A DNA stretch of 64,000 nucleotides from a virus. The translations under genes were made by a program, and so were the position numbers. A model generated the notes under the pieces. That model saw nothing but the letters and a program-made list of their open reading frames with translations, was not told where the DNA came from and did not search any database. Below are positions 32,556-44,122 of this stretch, one piece after another; the first letter of the stretch is position 1; every line of letters begins with the position of its first letter. The DNA lies in the IMG/VR virus record IMGVR_UViG_3300008113_000183, positions 6,143 to 70,142 of that record. The stretch is one strand, 5' to 3'.

Positions 32556-35500
32556 CTAATAGGAGCCGGCGATTTGAGAATAAGGATCTTTGCCCAACTG
32601 TGGCAGTCCTCTATACATAGTACTGTTAACAGCCCCTCTTGCAACAGATCCTATAGAATTTGAAAAAGATTCAGCTTGCTCTCTTGAACCCTCTATGTTT
32701 ACACTGTAGCTGACACCTTGATCGTATCCAGAGAACATAGAACCTTCTGGAACTTGAGGCTGCCTCTGAGCCATTGCCTCATATGCCGAACCTCCTGGCA
32801 GTAATGGTGGTCCAGCTATGTCTGATTGGCTTCTATCTTTTGAAGCCGAATAAATAAAGCTAGCAGCGATTAGACCAGCTACTGCATAGCCAGATTTTTT
32901 AACTATTGGTTTATCAAAGAATTCTTTTCCAATTCTTTTATAGCCGGCTTCAACTGGCCTTTGAGTCTCATCGGCAACTTCTCCATCAAGTCCTCTAAAT
33001 AAATTGCTTCTTTCTTCATCTGTTAAATCAATTGCGCTTGGAGCATATCCACTTGCAGAAGCTCTTCCTCCAAAAGAAAGTATTTCATTCATACCAAGCT
33101 CTGTTACGGTACTTTTAGCTTGTTGTAACATTCTCATCTGTCTCACTGCTTTTTCTGTTAATTCATCAAGACCAAGTTTTTCTATTCCCTTTTCGCTGTC
33201 AACTAAAAGTGCTGCAGCTATTTTAAACTGATCCTCGTCAACTATTGCAGAACCTCTTCTTGACTTACCCATCATGTCTTCTGCAATTGCCAGTATTTCT
33301 CTTCTCTCTTCAATTGACATAGAATTAACATTTCTTACCATTTCGTCATACTGTTCAGTAAGGGCAGAAATTCCTTCTTGTTTATTCAAAAAAGAAGCTG
33401 CTCTTTCTTGTTGTCTTGCTCTAAACATATTTAATAAAGTATTTTCATCTGAATATCCAGGTTGAGACATAATTCTTCTAACACCTTTATATCTACCAGA
33501 CATTTGCATTTCCATTGCGTCCAATAACTGCCTAACAGTTGTACCTTCTGATTGATTAGATGCTTCAAAAATCATTGATCTAACTTTATCAATAACTTGC
33601 CCTTGCATTCTTGGAGCATTATACTTTAAAAATTCACTTGCTTCGTCCCCAGCCTGGATAACGTCATTCATTATCTGACTATTTGTTTGCATCATAGACT
33701 CTGCTTCTTGTAAAATATTAGAAGCAATAATTGAAGACTCTTTGGAGTTTACTATCTCACCAGCATAGGCAACCTGATTCAATTTAAATATAGCATTATC
33801 TACCACATCCATTGCATCTTTTGCTTGTTGACCAAGCTTTGCGCTTTTTGATGCGTGCGCAAAAGGACTTTCGGCATCTAAGCCAAGTAAGCCTTTTAAG
33901 TTTTGTTTTATTCCACCTTCATCGCCACCACTAAATGCATCTTTTATTCTTCTTGAGTATTCAGTCATTTCTTCTGAAACATTTGTGGCGGAAGAGATGT
34001 CGTCAAATCCACGCTGAAAAGATTTTAAAGCTCCTGTTACGTCGTCGCCTTTTAGCCTTTGATCTAGTATAACGTTATCTATACCGGCTAACATGTTTTT
34101 ATAATCATCTTGATCTACTAAATTTTGCATAGACAGAGCTCTAAGTTTTCCTAGTAGTTCAAATTTAGAATCAATCATCTGCCTTCCAGTAGCTTCCACG
34201 ACAGAAACTCCTGCATCTTCTGCTATTCCAGAAATCTTCATAATAGCTTTTGCTGCTGATTCTTTATCAATAGCTCCACCATAGAGTCTTTCCAAGTTTT
34301 CTACACCCTCAACACCTATGCCTTCGTTAAGGTTGACTATTAAGTCAACTACGTCAGAAGGAGCAAATGTTGCTATTTTAGTATTCCTAAGGGCAGACAA
34401 CACGCTATCGTCGACTTTACCCTGGAGTCTAGCCAATATAGCCTCTTGCTGATCAGCGCCAGCAGAAGCTACAGTCAATCTGTTTATGTACTGACCAATA
34501 GTGTCTTGCTTCAATATTGCTTGACGACTTTTTTTGGATAAATCTTCATCAAACAAAGATGATATTCCTGCCCTAGTTTCTGCATCAGCGTCTTTCATTA
34601 TTTTAGCTATTGCTTGACCATACTCTTTTTGCTTAGCTAAACCTGCGCTTATCTCTGATTCAACTGTTGATTGCAGCAGTCTTGAGTATTCGCCTCTAAG
34701 TGTATTTAATGTTCCGTATTCTCTAGAGCTGACGTAGGTACTAAGGCCACGATGTATTTCGTCACTATAGTCAAAAGAACCCTCTGTAGCAAATATTCTT
34801 AACATGTTTCCATAGTTGTACTGTTGTACTAAATATTTTTCTTTTGCAAGTCCTGCTTCTGCTGCTGCTTTAATGTTTTCTCTAGTCAAAGCTAATGGTG
34901 ATGTAAATTGTTTTCCTTCTAGTTGTTTAAAAAAAGAACTATTCATATCAACTCTTTGAATTGAGTAAGAACCTCTTTGTTCCGCTGATTTCATTAGTGC
35001 TATAATAAAATCTTCTATTTGATCTGAACTTTGTTGACCGATTAAATTATCTAATTGGCTTTTTCTTCTACCGGAAGCTGTTAATCCTTCGTGTATTGAA
35101 TCTAAAAGTGCGTTTCCAGTAATGCTTTCTTTCATTATGTCCAATTCGTTCATTAAAGCATCGTTGTTTTGTAAAAATAATTTTATTGTATCTGTGTTTC
35201 TAAGATCGGCTTTTCCAAATATAAATTCTCCAGGACCAGTTGGTTGACGGAATAAGAATGTTCCAAGTCTGTCTTCTCCACTAGCATCTTTAAAGATTCT
35301 AGGCATGATGATTCCTTTGTCGTCTAAGTCGAAACCACCAAGGGAGTGCTTGAACATGCTCGCAGCATCGCCGGCAAATAGCATCTTATGACCTTGCACC
35401 TGAAATGTAAGAGCTTTAATAGGTTCATTCCTGCCTAATATAGTCATATCTCTTAAGCCTTCACCTAACCTAGCTGCCTTATTGGCTCTACCGCTAAAAA

Positions 35501-37406
35501 ATGAAGCTTCTGTATCTAAAGATAACCTAAATGCATCCTCTAATGCCGGTTGGTAAATTCCATCTTTTATTCTAAATAAATCTGCACTAGCATTTTTCTT
35601 TAAATAGTTTAAAAGCTGTGGCATTGTTCTAATATCCATGCCAGATTCTATAGCTTCTTTTAATTGACGCATAAACATTCTATTTCTTTGAGCAGAGTCT
35701 CTTGCCGCTTCCGGTACAGCATCTAGATTTGCTTCAGCTGATTGATATATCTGCCTTCTTAGGTTTCCTCTAACTTCTCCTGTTTCGATTGCATGATTTA
35801 AAGAGCTAATAATTCTGTTTTGCCTAGTCTCATTTGCTTTAATGTAAGTTGGATCAGAGAACATGTCATAGTGAAAAGCGGGAGCCAATGGATCATAATA
35901 TACCCTTGCTTTAGCTTCACCTTGAAGAACTAAGTTAATTGAATCATCTGTTCCCATTATTGCTGTCTCTGCTTTTAAGGCAACATCTGTTGTTAGGATT
36001 GAATACTGGTCAAGTACTTTAGAGAAACCGGCTTGATCAACGACAGCTTTAATCATTCTAGGAAGTACAGTCTCTCCTTCTTTAATGTTCATAAATATTC
36101 TTGCTGTGATAGCCTGAAAATTATCTCCTTCAAGATTATCTAATTGTGAAGTTAGTTCTGCAATTCTATTCGTAACAAACTGTTGAGACCTTTGATTTTC
36201 TGGAAGTGATCTTAAAGATTCTAATTCATTTTTTACTTGAGCTCTTATTGAATTGAACATTTTTGAGTTCAGAACAGATGTACCATCGTATGCTGATTGA
36301 AATTTTGAAGTAAGTATTTTTTGTTCAGCTTCAGTTAAAGAACCTATTTGCTTTAAAACATTTCCATCATCATCTAATATTTTTAAATTCTTTAATGCAG
36401 CGGTCACAACGTCCATTGCTCCACTTTTAGAATAAAAAGCTTTTCTCTCTAATCCTTCAACAGTAGGAGTGACAACTCCAGTTATTTCGTCAACCTCTCC
36501 TGAAATTTTATCCATTGCTGTAAGTGTTGCAAAACTTCTCCTAGAAGATGCATCGGAAAATGCAGAAGCTTCAGGAGAACTTATAGCTTCTATATATCTT
36601 TGAGCAAGGTTTCTTAAATCTTCATCGACTTTAAATATTCTAACAGATTTAGTATCAAGTTTAGTCGTACCGCTAACTTGCTCAAGTAAGTTTCCTAAAT
36701 CCTCTCCAGCTAAAGAAATATCCCTTAATGCAATTGCGCCTTTAACGCGCTTGCCAGACTTTGAATACATTGATGCAACAGATTGTGGCCCCTTACCTAA
36801 GGCCTCTATTAGATCTTCTGTTGATAAAATGCCACCAAGACCTTCAGATGTTGCGCTAAACAGTCTAGAAATTTCTCCAACAGTCATCTCTTTTTCTCCA
36901 GAAAAAACTCTTAGAAGATTAAATGATGCGTCGTCGGGGACTATAACGCCTAAGTTTTCGCCAACCTGATCCACAATTGATCTAAGAGACTGCTTATTTC
37001 CTATTCCAGATTTAAAGCTCGCAATTTCAAATCTAATTAAATTAGGATCGTCTATTCCTAGTCTATTTGCTAATCCTACATCTGTAGCAAGAGTGTCTCT
37101 AACGGTCTTTAATCTTTGTTCTAGTCCACCAAGACCCCTAAGGTTATAAGAAGAGCTTTCTAAGTCTCCGGTAATTCTACCAAAGGTTGTCATTCCCGTT
37201 TTTCCTACGGCATCGAATGCATCTTTTGCGGTGCTAAATGTTTCTCCTGTTGTATTTAGTCTATAGACTAAATTATCACCTTCAGAATCTACACGAATAA
37301 TATCGTTGATTCCGTACATGGTTCTATTGAGCAGGCGTCTTTCTGCTAGAATTCTGTCTCTCATTGGAATAGCGCTAGTGCTTATTAATGGGTTTGTTCT
37401 TGGCAT
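32556..37406 (-). CDS. Large tape-measure-region/ejected protein (1616 aa) with RNA-polymerase-like motifs
   Basis: Helical composition, position after the tape-measure-like gene, and motifs LGGFDLDDKG, FLFRQPT and TIGQYINRL. Confidence 0.55.
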   Translation of the reverse strand: MPRTNPLISTSAIPMRDRILAERRLLNRTMYGINDIIRVDSEGDNLVYRLNTTGETFSTAKDAFDAVGKTGMTTFGRITGDLESSSYNLRGLGGLEQRLKTVRDTLATDVGLANRLGIDDPNLIRFEIASFKSGIGNKQSLRSIVDQVGENLGVIVPDDASFNLLRVFSGEKEMTVGEISRLFSATSEGLGGILSTEDLIEALGKGPQSVASMYSKSGKRVKGAIALRDISLAGEDLGNLLEQVSGTTKLDTKSVRIFKVDEDLRNLAQRYIEAISSPEASAFSDASSRRSFATLTAMDKISGEVDEITGVVTPTVEGLERKAFYSKSGAMDVVTAALKNLKILDDDGNVLKQIGSLTEAEQKILTSKFQSAYDGTSVLNSKMFNSIRAQVKNELESLRSLPENQRSQQFVTNRIAELTSQLDNLEGDNFQAITARIFMNIKEGETVLPRMIKAVVDQAGFSKVLDQYSILTTDVALKAETAIMGTDDSINLVLQGEAKARVYYDPLAPAFHYDMFSDPTYIKANETRQNRIISSLNHAIETGEVRGNLRRQIYQSAEANLDAVPEAARDSAQRNRMFMRQLKEAIESGMDIRTMPQLLNYLKKNASADLFRIKDGIYQPALEDAFRLSLDTEASFFSGRANKAARLGEGLRDMTILGRNEPIKALTFQVQGHKMLFAGDAASMFKHSLGGFDLDDKGIIMPRIFKDASGEDRLGTFLFRQPTGPGEFIFGKADLRNTDTIKLFLQNNDALMNELDIMKESITGNALLDSIHEGLTASGRRKSQLDNLIGQQSSDQIEDFIIALMKSAEQRGSYSIQRVDMNSSFFKQLEGKQFTSPLALTRENIKAAAEAGLAKEKYLVQQYNYGNMLRIFATEGSFDYSDEIHRGLSTYVSSREYGTLNTLRGEYSRLLQSTVESEISAGLAKQKEYGQAIAKIMKDADAETRAGISSLFDEDLSKKSRQAILKQDTIGQYINRLTVASAGADQQEAILARLQGKVDDSVLSALRNTKIATFAPSDVVDLIVNLNEGIGVEGVENLERLYGGAIDKESAAKAIMKISGIAEDAGVSVVEATGRQMIDSKFELLGKLRALSMQNLVDQDDYKNMLAGIDNVILDQRLKGDDVTGALKSFQRGFDDISSATNVSEEMTEYSRRIKDAFSGGDEGGIKQNLKGLLGLDAESPFAHASKSAKLGQQAKDAMDVVDNAIFKLNQVAYAGEIVNSKESSIIASNILQEAESMMQTNSQIMNDVIQAGDEASEFLKYNAPRMQGQVIDKVRSMIFEASNQSEGTTVRQLLDAMEMQMSGRYKGVRRIMSQPGYSDENTLLNMFRARQQERAASFLNKQEGISALTEQYDEMVRNVNSMSIEERREILAIAEDMMGKSRRGSAIVDEDQFKIAAALLVDSEKGIEKLGLDELTEKAVRQMRMLQQAKSTVTELGMNEILSFGGRASASGYAPSAIDLTDEERSNLFRGLDGEVADETQRPVEAGYKRIGKEFFDKPIVKKSGYAVAGLIAASFIYSASKDRSQSDIAGPPLLPGGSAYEAMAQRQPQVPEGSMFSGYDQGVSYSVNIEGSREQAESFSNSIGSVARGAVNSTMYRGLPQLGKDPYSQIAGSY

Positions 37407-37416
37407 ACTGTTTTAC

Positions 37417-40400
37417 CTAAAAAATATTTATCGCTGATGATAAGTTAACGGAGTTAGAACCATAAGGGTTTCTATTTTCTCTTACGCTTCCAGAAACACC
37501 CATCCTTGACATCATGGCCCTAAGTTGGGAACCAACATTTTCTGGAGAGTTATTTTCAAAAAATGATGGATAAGATGGATTGGTTAAATTAGCTTCTTTT
37601 ACCTGTTGTGGATAGTAACCCATTTGAGACATTTCTAGACCCATGCTTTGGCCCATCTTTATCTTAACATGTTCTAGATTAGTATTTGCATGCCATCCTT
37701 CCCAGCTTTGATCTGGCAATTCGTGCCTTGAGAAATATTCAGCTAGCTCAGGTCTTTCTTCTACTTTCATTCCCCAAGCTGCTTGATATATTCTTCTTTC
37801 TAATCTTCCAGAAGTAGAAAGAATTCTTTCCCTTTCTTCTTCTGGGGCATTAATCATTGCCTTAAAATGTTCTCTTTTTCTTTTTGGAATTGCTAAAGAC
37901 AAATTATCCACTGAGCCACCGTAAATGTCAGCTCCGTACATTGTTCTCTTCGCTGCTGAAGTAAAGCTTGCTGCTGCTGCTGCATCACCCCTTGCTTTTG
38001 CCTCAGCTGCTAAACTTGTATTTTTAACATATCCAAGAATATCTACATACTCTTCAAGAGCAAGTTCTTTGACTCTTTTTTTAGGCATTTGCCTTTCGCC
38101 GGTCACTAGTTCGTGTATATTTCCTTTAATCGAAGAAACTAAACCAGCTGTACCAAATATTAAAGAGCTGACGGTTTTTGCAGTTGCGGTTCTACCAAAA
38201 AAAGATCCAGCTGCTGCTGTAGCAAGTGTTGCTGTAATTGGATCTCTTTGAGATGCTTTATTCATCATTGGTTGAATATAGCTCTCGTATGGTCTTTGCC
38301 ACTCTGGGAAGGTAGAACCATAAACGTTTCTTCTTTCCCAGTCTTCAGTGGCGGTTCTTCTATTTAAAAATTTAGTATTAAAGAAAGTGTCTCTGTGTGC
38401 AATAAATTCTCCAGCCCTACTGAAAGCATGTAGTGTCGGATTCATTTCCATTTCTTCTGGAGATGTGCCCCTATACTTATAGGGGGTAAATTGATATTTT
38501 GTAGTAGTATCTTCTACTTGAGACCTAATATCTTGAACTTTTATTCTTTCTGCTGGAGAAAGATCGCCCATCTTAATTGTTCTATTTAAGGATCTAAATT
38601 CTTTTGAATATGGAGCAACATCTGCGAGTATGTCTAATTGATTAACTCTACCGTATCTTCCAGTTTCATCTCCGTATAAAGTATTTAGTCTTTCATATCC
38701 AGCTCCAGGGAGTCTAATTTCTCCCTCTTGAACCCTAGTAAATGGATCACCTGTTTTAAAATTAATAAAATAATCTGAGCCGGGCAAGAAGGGATATTGT
38801 TGACCCATTGTATTTCTAATGGGGTTTATGTAATTAACGTCATTTCTTTCTTTTGGTATAAATCTTCTTACGATTTCAGAGACTTCTATATTACCCATTG
38901 ACCCTTCGCCGGCCATGGGAACATCTCCAAGTCCACCAAGATTTAAGTCCCAAAATGCCCTAGTTGAACCATAACCTTTTGATGCTGACTGTAGGGCTGA
39001 TACTTGTGGTGACATGTCTTGATTACCAAAGCCAAGACCTTCTCTTAATGAACCAAAAGCAAATCCGTAAATACCAGCTGTTTCCTGAAGCCTGTAGCCT
39101 AGCTCGCTAGCCTGAAAAGGAATTGACCCTGTTGAAATTGGAGCTCCAGCTGGAACAACTGAAGGAGGAATTATTCCAGGAACTTTTGGTGGACCATATG
39201 TCAACCCGCCAGGCAGTGTTGCCGCTGAAGCTATTCTGTTTGGACCAGAAGCAGCTGCGGAAGAAAGTTGATTATTATACTGTCCAATTTGTCCTATAGT
39301 AGATCTGCTTGCAGTAGCCATTGGTCCAGCGTTTGCGGACATAGCATTGTTGTAACCAGAAAGCTGTCTTCCTGCTCCGTAATATCCGCCACTTGCAGAA
39401 TTCAATGAAGCAATTGCCCCACCCGCGCCCATGACTGGAGATGCTTTACCTGAATCTATTAGACCTTGAGCGTTGTATGCTCCAGAATCACCAGCTGGAA
39501 CATAAGCAGCTAATCCTGCTGCAACTTCTTGTTCATGCATCCTCATTTGAGGTTTTAGTATTTTACCAACTGTTAAATTACCAAGTGCTGTAGCTGGACC
39601 AAATGGACCTGTAAAATATTCACCAGTTACAGGATATGGCCTATCATAATAATTTTCTCTTTCAAATCTATATGGGTCAAGTGGCCTTAATGGAGAAAAA
39701 TCATAACCAAATGCTAATTTTTCTGCCGGCGAAGAATATGAATCTGATGTTAATCCAGTACCTTCTGCAAGCTTTCTGTAATAGGATGGCCTGTAGTATA
39801 AGACTTTGCCACCCTTAAACGGAGTTGTACCCAGTGGCCAGTATCTACCTTGTCTAACTGCTACTTCACCGTTTAAAAGTTGATCTTTCTTTTCTTCATA
39901 AGACATTCCACCAGGAACTAAACCAGATCCAACAGACTGAGCTTCAACCGCAGCTCTTGCTAGTTTTGTTGTAAAGAATGGAGAATAAACTCTTTCTCCT
40001 CTTTGATCTTTTTCATTTACAGCGCCGCCGATAGTTCTATCAACTGCCATAAAGGTTGCGCCAGCAGCGGTGATTGGGAGAACTCTTTTACCAACCATGC
40101 CTCGCATATAAAGATCAAGCGGACCACCATATTGAGATTGATCTAGCTGCAGCCCAAAGGTGCCAAAGTACTTGTTTAGTCTTCCAAATATATGCGCAGT
40201 TGGTATTGAGCCAGTCGAGAAAGCTTCAGGGTTCTTATATGTCCCTATGCCAATTGCACTCTTTACCGCTGCCATTGGATTTCTTGCAAAGACGGTTCCA
40301 AATGTGGGAAGCATAGTGTATTGTTGACCACTGCCCAGTGCATTTACTGAAAGATCATTTATTTCATAAGGCGCAGTGCCAAATTTTCTATTTAAGGCTG

Positions 40401-43400
40401 GCAAAATTCTAGAAGCGGGTCTTCTAATGCTTGTGTTTACCATCGAGGTATTGCCCCTGGTAAATTCACCAAAAAGTTTTCTTACAGATTCACTATTATT
40501 TGCTGTTCCAATTACTTTATTTAAAGCGTCAATAGAGTTTTGAGTGACACTAGAAGCACCCTTGTGTGTACTAAATGCACTAAAATTAAATAGAGTAGCA
40601 ACACCGTAAGCTCTTGCTTCAACGGCTGCATCTATTCCTATCTTTCCTTCGGCTTGAAGTTGTCTTGTTACTTTTTCAATTTGAGTAAATATGTCGTCTG
40701 TAGCATTAACCGTTCTAGACGCTGCTGGCATTGCTTGCTGCAACATTTGGTTTCTTTGAGAAATATATCTAAATATTTCAGACCCAGCTTTATCTACATC
40801 AAACTGAGTTTCATCCATGTAACCTTGGAGTCTTGAGAACGACTTTGAAAGCCTAGTAGGATCAAAACCTGCCCTTCTAAGTTCTGCGTATGCTTGACTT
40901 TGCTCGTTAGATAAACTTCTTACTGCAGTTCTTACATCTTGAACAGTATTAATCTGACTAGCTCTTACTCCAGATGTAGACTTAAATAAATTAGGAGAAG
41001 CTTCTTCAAGCTCCTTCATTACTCTTTGATTTATGTTAAAATTAAATATTCTTTTTCTAAAAGATTCTACTGCAGAAAGAACTTGAGACTGACTATATAC
41101 TTGTTCTCCTGCTTCATCTACTACGGAAAGTCCATCTAACCTTAAAGATCTTTTACCCTTTAGCGTATTGTAGGATATAGTGTTGTTTTCGCTAGAAAGC
41201 AGCTCTGATAAAACCCTAGGATTTCTTATGTCAGATTGTCTATTTTTATACCTAGATGCAAGTCTAAGAAGAGAGTTTGGCTGCTCTGGATCTACGTCAA
41301 AAATTCGTTTAAATCTTCCAAACTTTTGACTTTGCCCCCCAAGAGTATCAACTCTTTCGCCCGTTAAGCCTGCTGCATTTCTTGCTTCTCTAGAAAATAT
41401 CTCAGTACTTGCAGATGGTGCAGCTCGATAAAATCCTGGTAGTTTTGATGTACTTAGTCTTCCTGATTGATCAGAGGTAAAAGATCTAAGAGTGCCTTTT
41501 GTTCCTTTGACTCTATTTAATATAAGAAAATCTGGTCTTACTTCAGACTGAGGAACAAATGGTTGAACTGACCTTGAAGATACATATTGTAATACTGGAG
41601 AATTTCTAATGTCTCGCAGTGATCTATTACCCATTAAATCTGCTGGATTGAATCCAACAATTGGAACTCTAAAATCTGATGCAATAAAGTCTTTTGCTTT
41701 AGTAAGCATACTTGTAACTTTTGTAAAGTCAAGTATCTCGCCAGACCTTGTTTGGTAAACTCCACCTATTGCGCTTCTGCCCATTGTTTGAGTTGCAGCA
41801 CCCAGTCCGCCTGTTACTGGATCAAACGTTGCTTGAGTTGAAGCAAGCTGTCTAATAGATGCTTGCTGTTCTTCTGGCATAAACTTAAATAGGCCTCTTT
41901 CAACTCCTTCGTCTACAAGAAGTGGCCTTAATCCAAGTATGTTTGTTGCGCCTCCACCAAGGAATCCAGTTGTTAACTTTCTTTGATTTAATAGAAAGTC
42001 TCTCATGTAACTAAAGTCAGTTGGATCAAAACCTTGACTCGTTAACTTTGACTCAAGAACCGATTGAGTTATTCTTCTTCCATCTTTTTGAACAAGAGGT
42101 ACGCCTAATGTTTGTGCAGTTTTTCTTTGTAAGAATGTTTGCTTGCTTTCAGATATAGGTCCAATAAAATCTAAATAACTTTGTTTTGATGGCTTTAAAG
42201 TATCTGAAGCTATATCTGGCATAGAGCCAGTTCTAAACTGGTTCCATCTGCTAGCTATTTTTTCATGTAGAGACCTTCTAAATTCCTCAGATACAAAAAG
42301 TTGATCGACCTCCTCTATGGATTCTTTTAGAGCTTGTCCATTGCCAATTGCGGCTTTAAAATCTTTACCGCCTTTGACTCCTCTAAATCTTTCAAGAATA
42401 TCATCAAAGAATTCATCTGTTTCTCCAGAGAATTGTTTTTTTCTACCTAAAGAAATTCTATTTGTTACCTCAGAAGCTTCTTTTCTAGAAGGAAGTTGAT
42501 TTATTTTTATTTGTGCAACAAAGCCGTCTGCAGCTTTTTGTTCTATGCCTTTTGCATTTACGAGATGTCTTGCTAGCTGATCTTTATATTCATCTTGAAG
42601 AGATCTTTGATAAAATTCACTACCCTTAAATCTGTCAGTACTTGGTCCACCAGCTCCTAGTCTATAAAAATCTTGACTTAATCTAGTCAGCTTACTGGAG
42701 TGCTGAGATTGAACAGCATTAATTGCCTTTGTTAAGACCTCATCAGCAGAAGTTCCATTTAGACCTCTTAGCTTTAGCCTGCTTGCATTTTCGCTTAACG
42801 CGGTTGTGAATGCATCGTCTGTTGAGTATCCAAACTTTTGAGTAAGCCTACCTAATGCTTGCTCTCTTGTTAACTTTCCTGAAACAACGTCGTGGGCAAC
42901 TCCGAGAGATTTAAACTGATTTTTTCCTGCCGCAATACCTATACCAGCACCCTTAAATGTTGGAAGTACATCTAGTATGCCTATTCCATCTTCGGTACTG
43001 CCAGTAAAGAATCCTCTGGCTCTAGCTGTCATCACCTTGAGTCTCTTAGACCTATCGGCATTAGCCATATCTTCTACGGCCTGCTTAGAACCGTGCCTAG
43101 CTGCCCTTAAAGCCTGTACAAATTCAGGTTGAGAATTACCGGCCTCAGACACTCCTGCGGCAAATGCTCCGCTTGTTTGGGATGACATCTTAAGGACTTT
43201 GTTTGTCATCCCAGCTATGTCTTGGCCAACTTCAGCCAGAAGAGATCTAATATCTATTGCTGCGTTTGCAGCTTTTCTTTGCACTGGCGAAAGAGCCCTT
43301 AGGTCGTTCATTGAGCCAGCTAATGTCGTTAGAGAGCTTCTTCCAGCTGCGCCAGCTGCGCCAACTGCCTCAAACGGCAGTACCATAGTTGCCACGTTTA

Positions 43401-44109
43401 ACGTTGACTGCTTTACGAAATCTGAGATTACGTCTGCTGGATTATACCAATTTAATCTTTTCTTTTCTTGATTTTGACCAAACAATGGCTCGGTAACAGC
43501 TCTTTGAGTAACATATAAGGCTGGAAGCTCGTATGGCATTCTCCTTGCAGCTCTTACAAGTCTTACTTGAAGCTCGTCTCGCATTGTCCATGCTTCTGCG
43601 GATTCCGATGTGATGCCTCTTGCGGAACTCCTTGCCCCTTCTTGACTAAGAGGTCTAAAAAATTTCCTTCTGCCTAAAGTCGGATTATATCCAGTTGTAA
43701 GCTTTCCGTCTACTTCATAAACGGCTTTAAGATACGGATCGTCTACCCCATCAATGCTTCTGTGCATTGCGCTAAGATTGTCTAACTCTTTTCTAATCTC
43801 AGTTATACTTCTAATTGCCCTTGTAGAAAGAGCATCAGTTCTTCCAGCTGACATTGCAGCATCTGAAGATTTTTGTAGAGACTGACCAAGTTTAAGGCCA
43901 CCAGATTTTGTAAATCTCGATGCAAGAGTTGTAACAAGCATTGCTGTTCCAGCAGATGCAAAAAAACGCATCATGGGATGAGCATCTAAAGCCTTTGCTA
44001 CATAGCCAGAATTAGGACTAGGAGTTTCTGTTTCACCCTCTCTAGAGGGCATGTCTCTAGAGGAGACTCCATGCCCTAAATTATGTATAGGTCCCTTATC
44101 CCTAAACAT
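37417..44109 (-). CDS. Tape measure-like protein (2230 aa)
   Basis: Directly follows the tail chaperone genes; rich in Ala/Gly/Arg with hydrophobic Gly-Ala stretches. Confidence 0.65.
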   Translation of the reverse strand: MFRDKGPIHNLGHGVSSRDMPSREGETETPSPNSGYVAKALDAHPMMRFFASAGTAMLVTTLASRFTKSGGLKLGQSLQKSSDAAMSAGRTDALSTRAIRSITEIRKELDNLSAMHRSIDGVDDPYLKAVYEVDGKLTTGYNPTLGRRKFFRPLSQEGARSSARGITSESAEAWTMRDELQVRLVRAARRMPYELPALYVTQRAVTEPLFGQNQEKKRLNWYNPADVISDFVKQSTLNVATMVLPFEAVGAAGAAGRSSLTTLAGSMNDLRALSPVQRKAANAAIDIRSLLAEVGQDIAGMTNKVLKMSSQTSGAFAAGVSEAGNSQPEFVQALRAARHGSKQAVEDMANADRSKRLKVMTARARGFFTGSTEDGIGILDVLPTFKGAGIGIAAGKNQFKSLGVAHDVVSGKLTREQALGRLTQKFGYSTDDAFTTALSENASRLKLRGLNGTSADEVLTKAINAVQSQHSSKLTRLSQDFYRLGAGGPSTDRFKGSEFYQRSLQDEYKDQLARHLVNAKGIEQKAADGFVAQIKINQLPSRKEASEVTNRISLGRKKQFSGETDEFFDDILERFRGVKGGKDFKAAIGNGQALKESIEEVDQLFVSEEFRRSLHEKIASRWNQFRTGSMPDIASDTLKPSKQSYLDFIGPISESKQTFLQRKTAQTLGVPLVQKDGRRITQSVLESKLTSQGFDPTDFSYMRDFLLNQRKLTTGFLGGGATNILGLRPLLVDEGVERGLFKFMPEEQQASIRQLASTQATFDPVTGGLGAATQTMGRSAIGGVYQTRSGEILDFTKVTSMLTKAKDFIASDFRVPIVGFNPADLMGNRSLRDIRNSPVLQYVSSRSVQPFVPQSEVRPDFLILNRVKGTKGTLRSFTSDQSGRLSTSKLPGFYRAAPSASTEIFSREARNAAGLTGERVDTLGGQSQKFGRFKRIFDVDPEQPNSLLRLASRYKNRQSDIRNPRVLSELLSSENNTISYNTLKGKRSLRLDGLSVVDEAGEQVYSQSQVLSAVESFRKRIFNFNINQRVMKELEEASPNLFKSTSGVRASQINTVQDVRTAVRSLSNEQSQAYAELRRAGFDPTRLSKSFSRLQGYMDETQFDVDKAGSEIFRYISQRNQMLQQAMPAASRTVNATDDIFTQIEKVTRQLQAEGKIGIDAAVEARAYGVATLFNFSAFSTHKGASSVTQNSIDALNKVIGTANNSESVRKLFGEFTRGNTSMVNTSIRRPASRILPALNRKFGTAPYEINDLSVNALGSGQQYTMLPTFGTVFARNPMAAVKSAIGIGTYKNPEAFSTGSIPTAHIFGRLNKYFGTFGLQLDQSQYGGPLDLYMRGMVGKRVLPITAAGATFMAVDRTIGGAVNEKDQRGERVYSPFFTTKLARAAVEAQSVGSGLVPGGMSYEEKKDQLLNGEVAVRQGRYWPLGTTPFKGGKVLYYRPSYYRKLAEGTGLTSDSYSSPAEKLAFGYDFSPLRPLDPYRFERENYYDRPYPVTGEYFTGPFGPATALGNLTVGKILKPQMRMHEQEVAAGLAAYVPAGDSGAYNAQGLIDSGKASPVMGAGGAIASLNSASGGYYGAGRQLSGYNNAMSANAGPMATASRSTIGQIGQYNNQLSSAAASGPNRIASAATLPGGLTYGPPKVPGIIPPSVVPAGAPISTGSIPFQASELGYRLQETAGIYGFAFGSLREGLGFGNQDMSPQVSALQSASKGYGSTRAFWDLNLGGLGDVPMAGEGSMGNIEVSEIVRRFIPKERNDVNYINPIRNTMGQQYPFLPGSDYFINFKTGDPFTRVQEGEIRLPGAGYERLNTLYGDETGRYGRVNQLDILADVAPYSKEFRSLNRTIKMGDLSPAERIKVQDIRSQVEDTTTKYQFTPYKYRGTSPEEMEMNPTLHAFSRAGEFIAHRDTFFNTKFLNRRTATEDWERRNVYGSTFPEWQRPYESYIQPMMNKASQRDPITATLATAAAGSFFGRTATAKTVSSLIFGTAGLVSSIKGNIHELVTGERQMPKKRVKELALEEYVDILGYVKNTSLAAEAKARGDAAAAASFTSAAKRTMYGADIYGGSVDNLSLAIPKRKREHFKAMINAPEEERERILSTSGRLERRIYQAAWGMKVEERPELAEYFSRHELPDQSWEGWHANTNLEHVKIKMGQSMGLEMSQMGYYPQQVKEANLTNPSYPSFFENNSPENVGSQLRAMMSRMGVSGSVRENRNPYGSNSVNLSSAINIF

Positions 44110-44122
44110 TTATCCTCCTAAG

